A stretch of DNA of 40,678 nt, from contig JYFJ02003508.1 of assembly GCA_000934665.2 (NCBI GenBank), positions 1-40,678 on the forward strand, in the 5' to 3' direction. This document shows, piece by piece, positions 33,893 to 40,678 of this stretch. This DNA comes from Catajapyx aquilonaris (lineage: Eukaryota). Below the pieces are notes generated by a model. That model ran no database searches. It worked only from the letters and a program-made list of their open reading frames with translations, and was not told the DNA's origin. The position numbers were made by a program, and so were the translations under genes. The first letter of the stretch is position 1. Every line of letters starts with the position of its first letter.

Positions 33893-35818
33893 TTAGTGTC
33901 CAATCAGAACCTCACTAGCGAATGCAATGATACCAAAACACCAGCTGAAAATGAACAGGAAATACATCACACCTCTCATTTGTTCAAAGTTAAGAGCCAT
34001 TGAGTACTGGTACAATCTATCCTTGATTCGCGCTTCTCTGATTCCAATCAACAAGCATGTCTCGAATAAATACTGGTCGTATTTGGCCATCAATCCAGAG
34101 TCTATATAGTACAGAACAAGTCGGTTGAGGATCGGATATAAGAGATTGTGTTTGGCCGTAAACGAACCACATAAAATTAAAATTCCATCCTCCTTTGCTA
34201 CAACTATAGGGATTTTCCCAGCCTTGTCTACAAATTGGGCCCCTATTGCCAACAATATGTTACCATCTGATATGCAGGCGTAATTGGTCTCGATTGATTT
34301 ACGAATACACGTGTTCAAGTCTCTTTCATCTAGCATTCTGGCTGCTATGGGTTTAAAATATTCCAAGTCATTACTCAAAAAGACATTTGCATAGTAAGGT
34401 TTAGCTGCCTCCCAAGTCCCCCACTCCCAGTGATCACTCCTTTTTGTGAGATCCTGATAGGTCTTGGGTAAATCTTCCTGCAATGGAGATGCCAGGAACC
34501 CAAAATATCTGGCTTCGTATCCACAAATTAAAACCAATGAACCAATCCACCAGAAGGAGATGAACACTCGGGGGGCATCACCTTCGGGTACAGTGTTGGG
34601 ATTTTCCTCAATCAGGGTGGAAAATGTGTATCTCAATGAATAAAGGAAAAGGGATGGCGGGCTTCTACCTGTTGGAAAAGGATTGCAGTACTGCTTCCGT
34701 ACTCTTAACACAAAGCAAAGGACGAAACTGCTCGCCAAGCTGGCCAAAAATATTGCAATCCACATGTCTAGTGTGAAAGGTAATAGTGTGGAATTCCAAG
34801 AATAACTAGGTCTGGAAGGTCTTGTCGTGAAACACATTGAGGCGTAATAATTAGGGAATAAAAAGTCAACCACTTTCATCAATACATCTGTTAAAAATGC
34901 ATAGCCCATCTCTGCCTTTCTTCGTACAATTTCACCTGCTTGACCTGTGTAATTTCCATCTGGCAAAGGGGAGTCTGGAATTTCGCCGTCATATAATTCA
35001 GGAGCATCTAGAGTCCAATCAAAATTTATCGCATCACTTGCAAGTAGAATAAACATCGCCAAACCAAACATTGGAACTGAATTGTCAAGCATGTGTTGCA
35101 AATCGAACTTTGTCATATCAAAGTAAAACGTTCCATTTATTACTTTACCATTCAAATTGATGGAATAATCAGGAAACAGTTCGGGGGTTTTACTACCGCG
35201 CTTGTAGTGAGCGACATGCACTACTTTTGGCTCACCGTGATCGCAATAGTGACAGTTCGCCATCACCTTGAGCGAGTGGGAGTCCTGGTCGAACTGGATC
35301 CCGACCTGAAAGAGCATGAGTTGGGCGATGGGATGCATCAAGACTGTGTCCAGACCTCCGTCCCTGGGCCAGAAGAGGAACCTGTCCCTTCCGGTGTCCA
35401 TGAGGTGAAGAGTGGCCGCGTGGACCACCAGAGGAGACAAGGTGTCCAGTGTCCCGAAGGCGAAGAGGAAGGTGGCGCAGGGGTCCAGTCTCCTGGCCTC
35501 CGGTCTGTGCAGCCAGGAGAACCAGTACTGTCCACTGGCGTCCACTGGTGTCCCGTCCCACCTCACCACCGCCACTTCCTCCGATCCATTGTTGATCAGC
35601 CGGTTAAACGAAGAGGGGAACACCAACCAGTCGCCGCACAGCACCAGGAGACACTCGGGTCTCGAACCACGGACATCTTCCACCAGGGATGACACCAGTT
35701 CCTCTTCCTCCGACCCCACCGTTGTAAAAGAAGTCTGAACGTGACCAGATGTGAATGTTGCCAAGAAGCAAAGCGCAACAACTGCGAACCGCGTCGCCTC
35801 CATGTCGCAACTGAACAA
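33893..35818 (-). CDS. Divergent ionotropic receptor IR-d, intronless, 641 aa
   Basis: Full-length paralog of IR-a and IR-b with the same domain motifs. Confidence 0.9.
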   Translation of the reverse strand: MFSCDMEATRFAVVALCFLATFTSGHVQTSFTTVGSEEEELVSSLVEDVRGSRPECLLVLCGDWLVFPSSFNRLINNGSEEVAVVRWDGTPVDASGQYWFSWLHRPEARRLDPCATFLFAFGTLDTLSPLVVHAATLHLMDTGRDRFLFWPRDGGLDTVLMHPIAQLMLFQVGIQFDQDSHSLKVMANCHYCDHGEPKVVHVAHYKRGSKTPELFPDYSINLNGKVINGTFYFDMTKFDLQHMLDNSVPMFGLAMFILLASDAINFDWTLDAPELYDGEIPDSPLPDGNYTGQAGEIVRRKAEMGYAFLTDVLMKVVDFLFPNYYASMCFTTRPSRPSYSWNSTLLPFTLDMWIAIFLASLASSFVLCFVLRVRKQYCNPFPTGRSPPSLFLYSLRYTFSTLIEENPNTVPEGDAPRVFISFWWIGSLVLICGYEARYFGFLASPLQEDLPKTYQDLTKRSDHWEWGTWEAAKPYYANVFLSNDLEYFKPIAARMLDERDLNTCIRKSIETNYACISDGNILLAIGAQFVDKAGKIPIVVAKEDGILILCGSFTAKHNLLYPILNRLVLYYIDSGLMAKYDQYLFETCLLIGIREARIKDRLYQYSMALNFEQMRGVMYFLFIFSWCFGIIAFASEVLIGH

Positions 35819-37259
35819 GTCTATCGATTATCATTTGTTTTTATATGAACGCCAAACCCCGATTTGGCGATCATATTATTCACAAATCTACTGCAACGTG
35901 GGATATGCAAAGAATTTCTTTCAAAATATCACACCAATGAGTCACGGTGGTGCTTTTCTTTCTTTCAAGAATATCATTTCTTTTGCACCATGAATTATCC
36001 TGTTTTGCAAACTTTTTATGTAACAAAATATTTAATGAGAAGACCTGTAATTCCGTCAAATTGAACTACAATTTTGTCTGACAGAACCCTGAGAGTCACC
36101 GTTATACGAGTCAATTTTATTTTTCTGAGCGACTGAAAATTACATGCTTTCTCCCCAAAATTACATTATTTTTGAACTATATTAATTATCTTCTGCTCTC
36201 ATGTCACCTATCTATCATATACTTACAGTCAGAACAGAGTCGCGGTATAACCACTTATTTATTATTATGCCTGCCAGCTGTTCCTCACTATTCTCATTCC
36301 CTGAGAATTCTCTTGTGATTAAACCTCGCCAGATCGTTCTTCTGTAGTAACCAAGAATGAAAGGCAATATATTTACACTGTGGAGTAATTTTTAGTTCAA
36401 AAAGAGGGAAATTTTATGTTAAGCAGGCAATTTCCATGTGGGATCACCCAAGTCATAACACCCTCTAATTTTAAATCAAATTGAATGGTAGTGTCTAATC
36501 ATTGTACCACCTTGATGAGAGAGAAAAAAATTACTGTAAAAATATATTTTAAATATAAATATAACTTACGTAATATATATCAACTTTCAACAAATTGGCC
36601 TTAAATGATCCATTCTATTGTGATATTAATTTTAATAACTTAGAAATAAATTAAATTCCAAACACGTTCATTGGGTTTTGGGCATTTTTCATATGCTTGC
36701 GAGGGACAATCACACATGAAGGACAATCCCACCAAGGTGCTATGCCCAGCTCGTGTCACGCCTCCATTGACTTGGATCCTACATTTTCTGACCACTATAT
36801 GTCTCATTCGCACCTTTTTATATAAACCCATTGAGAATATTGATAGTATTGAATATTTATAAAATGTTATAGGCTAATAATTTTACAATTTTCTTACTCT
36901 TGTGCGATTCGAGGTGACAATGTCTTATGAAACTTTTACCCCAGCAGACACATGCTGCAAAAACAAGCCAATTTCCATGATGTCGACCAACTCGTGAAAT
37001 CAATAGAACAATCGATGCGTAATATCTCTGTGGCCTGTTGCATGTTGAAGAGCATGTCAAGAGCAAGCTTTTCCCATTTACGGGACAAGTGTTCATTATA
37101 AGCTCACCTCACTCTTACTGTTAGACTCTTAGACGTACCGTGCGTGGTTCATAGATTACCGTACCGGACGAAAAAACGTTGACATTCCGTACGATGGCTG
37201 GTGAAATCAATATTTCGATGTGTAATACCAGTTGCATGTTGAAAATGTGAACAAAGGAG

Positions 37260-37505
37260 GGCGGGGTGGTTAGCGCCACAGACTTCCACCTCTAAGGTCC
37301 CGAGTTCGATCCCCGGGTCGCGCAGAACTTATGTGGATAGAGTTTCGATGGGTTCTCTCCGTGTTCGCGTGGGTTATCTCGGGGTTATCTCGTTTCCTCC
37401 TGCAATGACGATCCATCACATGCAGGCAATGATTAAAGTCGGTTCACGAAAAGAAGATCCCATATAGAGGCCCAAGGCCTATCACCAGGTATCCATTATT
37501 ATATT
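37260..37505 (+). mobile_element. tRNA-derived SINE with V/Meta-like core
   Basis: A-box-like GGTGGTTAGCG, B-box GAGTTCGATCCC, core GTTCTCTCCGTGTTCGCGTGGGTT, and ATT-rich tail. 14-bp target-site duplication TGTGAACAAAGGAG at 37246-37259 and 37506-37519. The paralogous site at ~27821-27834 is empty. Confidence 0.88.
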
Positions 37506-38616
37506 TGTGAACAAAGGAGATATTGTTTGTTATTTTGCATTTGACATTTCCAGTGACCCGAATGCGAAAAATGCCAATTCCAATCCCGCGTTGCTCTTCT
37601 TCCAACAATGCAAATTACCAAAATTGAGTGTCACAGATGCCGTGTCACATGTCTCATTATCATGATTCTGTACATTGTTATGCTCCGCCTAAGGTGTTTT
37701 CCACTATCCGAATGGGTCGATCCGAAGTAAACAAAGGGAGAAGAACAATTTTCCCGCCAATTCGAGCAATAGTTGAAGGGTTGAGGTGCAGGTGGAAGCA
37801 CCTGCAAGGGAAGGGAAGTTGGAATTGGCGCTGCGATGTGGCAGGGACGGACACTAACTGTGAGCCAAGATTTCATCACGGAAATCAACATCCATCGATC
37901 TAAGAGATCCCACCAAAAACCTTTCTGTGAAAAAAGGCCAAGTTCTCCTGTCTGCTTGGCCGTCAAAAGTGGTGAGATCTGAAATACGGCCAAGTTCAGC
38001 GTCGTAGTCAGTTACTGGCATTCTCAACTTCTTCAACCTAAACCACTAACTTTATTTTTCCAGGTAGACCTTAGGTTTAATCATCAAAAAATTTTAATGT
38101 CATTTCTCCTGATGTCACTTAGCCATTGCTCTTAAAACTTTGAAAGAGTTGTAGAATTCAACAATACCTAATAAGCAATGGCCAAGTGACATCAGGAGAA
38201 ATGACATTAAAATTTTTTGATGATTAAACCTAAGGTCTACCTGGAAAAATAAAGTTAGTGGTTTAGGTTGAAGAAGTTGAGAATGCCAGTAACTGACTAC
38301 GACGCTGAACTTGGCCGTATTTCAGATCTCACCACTTTTGACGGCCAAGCAGACAGGAGAACTTGGCCTTTTTTTACAGAAAGGTTTTTGGTGGGATCTC
38401 ACCTCTTTTTGTAGGCAGGACGAGTGTAGGCTAATTATAATAAATCTCGGGGAGCCCCCTACGGCTGTGTCAGAGTTACGGCGACCCGACCATAAAGGCC
38501 CCGCGCCAATGTATCTCATCATCCACAATTATTCAAAATCTACGGCTGGGCGTGGAAGCAATGGCCCGTTAAATATTCCAAATAAGGTAATGAATAATAC
38601 GAAAGTATGTGAAACT

Positions 38617-39260
38617 CTATCTTTTCCTCTGAATAGGTATGATTTTCTTCTGCTTTCTCATAGTACGCTTCTTTTTTTTCTGTTCTGGTTGTGCGAATTG
38701 GACATCTGCTACACCTGATCGCATAGCCCATTCGCGATCCTTAACCACTTCTGTCGATGCCTTATTAGCCCTTTTGAGTATGGATAAGTCTGGTCGGTAA
38801 ATAGATCTCAATCTATCGTACTCCAGAATAGCTGACTCTTGAGCCTTGATGTTAGTAAAGGAGGCATTGATGAGATGCACTCCGTTGAGACTTTTAACTC
38901 TGGAAAGAGCCACGTAGGCTTGACCGCACGAGAAGACAGAGGAACCCATATCGATGAGTGCATTAGTGAGACTCAGGCCTTGGCTCTTGTGTATGGTAAT
39001 GGCATACGCCACACAAATTGGGAATTGTTCCCTGTACACATAGGCTCTATCGATGACCTCGAATTTTGATTTCACTCTCACTAGGTCATGCACTGGGCCA
39101 TTATTAAATTTTATAGCTAGACTTCTAGTCTTCCTGATGTCGTCCGGATCCCATCTCACTTGCACTACAGTCCCTATGGAACCATTAACCAGACCCAAAC
39201 TGACATCAATGTTCCTCTTCAGCATTACCCTGACTCCTTCCTTTATAATTTCACAGAGGT
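38617..39260 (-). pseudogene. C-terminal fragment of Helitron-type PIF1 (SF1B) helicase
   Basis: RVMLKRNIDVSLGLVNGSIG, REQFPICVAYAITIHKSQGLSL, VFSCGQAYVALSRV. No Rep domain or motifs I-III. Confidence 0.9.
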
Positions 39261-39645
39261 GGGTTTCACAGATAAGTGAATTGTAAGTATTTGGAATAAA
39301 TAATATTAGAATTAGTATTTGTATGAAATGCAATCGCAGCTTCAGTCAGATAGCTAGCGGTATGCAGAAGGGGGGGGGGAAGGGAGGGGGTGAGGAGATG
39401 AGAACGTGGGGAGGGCAGGAGCACCAGCATAACTGATGGAAATTGAAAGTAAAAAGTAATCCGTGGTAAAAATGCCGCATCTGGTAAAGCGCAGCAGACT
39501 TCGTGAAAATAATTTTTTTTTCGCATTTAGACTCAAAAAAGTGCCGTTTTCAGATTTATTCTGATGTTTGTTTGACAAGCTCTACCAGCATACCAAATTT
39601 CAGCATCCTAGGACCACTGGAAGTGCCGTATAATTTTGATGATCA

Positions 39646-39740
39646 GTGAGTGAGTGAGTGAGTGAGTGAGTGAGTGAGTGAGTGAGTGAGTGAGTGAGTG
39701 AGTGAGTGAGAGAGTCAGTCAGTGAGTCAGTCAGTCAGTG
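39646..39740. repeat. (GTGA)n/(GTCA)n microsatellite inside the Helitron-like element
   Basis: Directly visible; much shorter at the matching site (~29817-29838) in copy 1. Confidence 0.95.
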
Positions 39741-40394
39741 TCACATTTTGGCCGTTTTGAGAGTTTTTAGGATTTTTAAAGTCGGAAATGAAAAGAGATA
39801 TGAACATGGAAGTAAGGGGGCATTATTTTTAATCGATTTTTATCTACCCAAATAAAAATTTTGAAGCGACGTGTGGTCACCAGTGCGAAGATTCGAGGGG
39901 GTCAAAATGACGTGAGTTGTGTCGGGTAAAGGTGGTCCGGCAGTGCGGCGAGAACTTGGCGGGGGCACTGCCGTGCCCCCTAATTGTTCGTTGGCAATTA
40001 ATTGCCATTAACAGTCACTATCAACAGTCCAAAGTGCCCCCTCGAGCGTGTTCAGAGGAGTCTGGACATTGAGGTGCTATGGACGTGAGAAACTCTCCTG
40101 GATACAGAGATTCACGATCAATGTATGTAAAGTGCCATGCTATGGAGATGGGGCAATACCATGGCGACTGATATTGACTTGAAGCTAGATGCAGTCAACC
40201 ACGAGACCTGCGGAAATTTTCACTGCACCAATTATTATTTCCGATGAAGTTGTAGGATTCACAATCGCAGAATAATTTAGGCTTCGGTGCAGTTTAGCCC
40301 CGCAAAAGTCTTGCAGGTTTCTATACTGTATATATTTCCTGGATCTAATCGATGATCTGAGTCGAATGACACTATGCCTGGGGTGGGGTGTGGG

Positions 40395-40631
40395 TCATTT
40401 CACCGACACCCACCCGGCCGACAGGCCATTTCACCGACAGACATTTCACCGAAACACCCACTCCACCGACAAGCCATTTCACCGACACACCCACTCCACC
40501 GACAAGCCATTTCACCGACAAGCAGGTTCCCCGCCACGACGGCTCACCGACAGGGCGGTACAACAACAGAACATAACACCGACACCCACTATGCCGACAC
40601 ATCAGTTTCACCGACGGGCCATGTCACCGAC
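40395..40631. repeat. Array of CATTTCACCGAC(A)-type short repeats, probably subterminal repeats of a DNA transposon end
   Basis: Multiple CATTTCACCGA and CACCGAC units, including two consecutive ~32-bp higher-order units; any partner end is outside the window. Confidence 0.7.
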
Positions 40632-40678
40632 GACTGTTGGCTACGAAATAAAGTCTATACTCATTAAACCTGAAGTGT

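Larger units (their letters stand above)
37904..39985 (-). mobile_element. Internally deleted Helitron2/Helentron-like element, copy 2
   Basis: PIF1-type helicase remnant, (GTGA)n microsatellite, subterminal GAGAACTTGGC plus GGGGGCACTGCCGTGCCCCC stem-loop at the right end, and palindrome 37904-38400 at the left end. Confidence 0.85.

Noticed and set aside
1333..35818. Functional coupling of Dicer with the chemoreceptor cluster
   Set aside because: Adjacency alone is weak evidence in a eukaryote, and none of the long hairpins visibly matches IR or GR coding sequence.
37260..37325. tRNA gene
   Set aside because: A and B boxes are present but there is no clean acceptor stem; the SINE core, tail and target-site duplication explain it.
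40395..40520. CRISPR-like repeat array
   Set aside because: Eukaryotic context, repeats are short, spacers are repeated and irregular, and no cas genes are present.

Overview
Eukaryotic, almost certainly arthropod, genomic window with short GT-AG introns and AT-rich intergenic DNA. It opens with the 3' half of a spliced Dicer gene (Dicer-2-like: PAZ, RNase IIIa/b, dsRBD). The rest is a minus-strand chemoreceptor cluster: three intact intronless divergent ionotropic receptors (IRs), two IR pseudogenes, three intact four-exon gustatory receptors (GRs) and one GR relic. It also holds an orphan 27-aa-repeat helical protein and a probable small secreted Pro/Gly-rich peptide gene. Hairpin-type mobile DNA is dense: a 1.2-kb foldback, several MITEs, a tRNA-derived SINE and two deleted Helitron2/Helentron-like copies. 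The most notable signals are: (1) a ~500-bp palindrome at the end of both Helitron-like copies whose arms co-vary at >=10 sites, with an IR-containing duplication ending exactly at the element terminus; (2) a 379-bp GC-rich block almost identical in otherwise divergent IRs; (3) a pre-miRNA-sized hairpin directly after the Dicer stop codon. All calls come from manual reading only.
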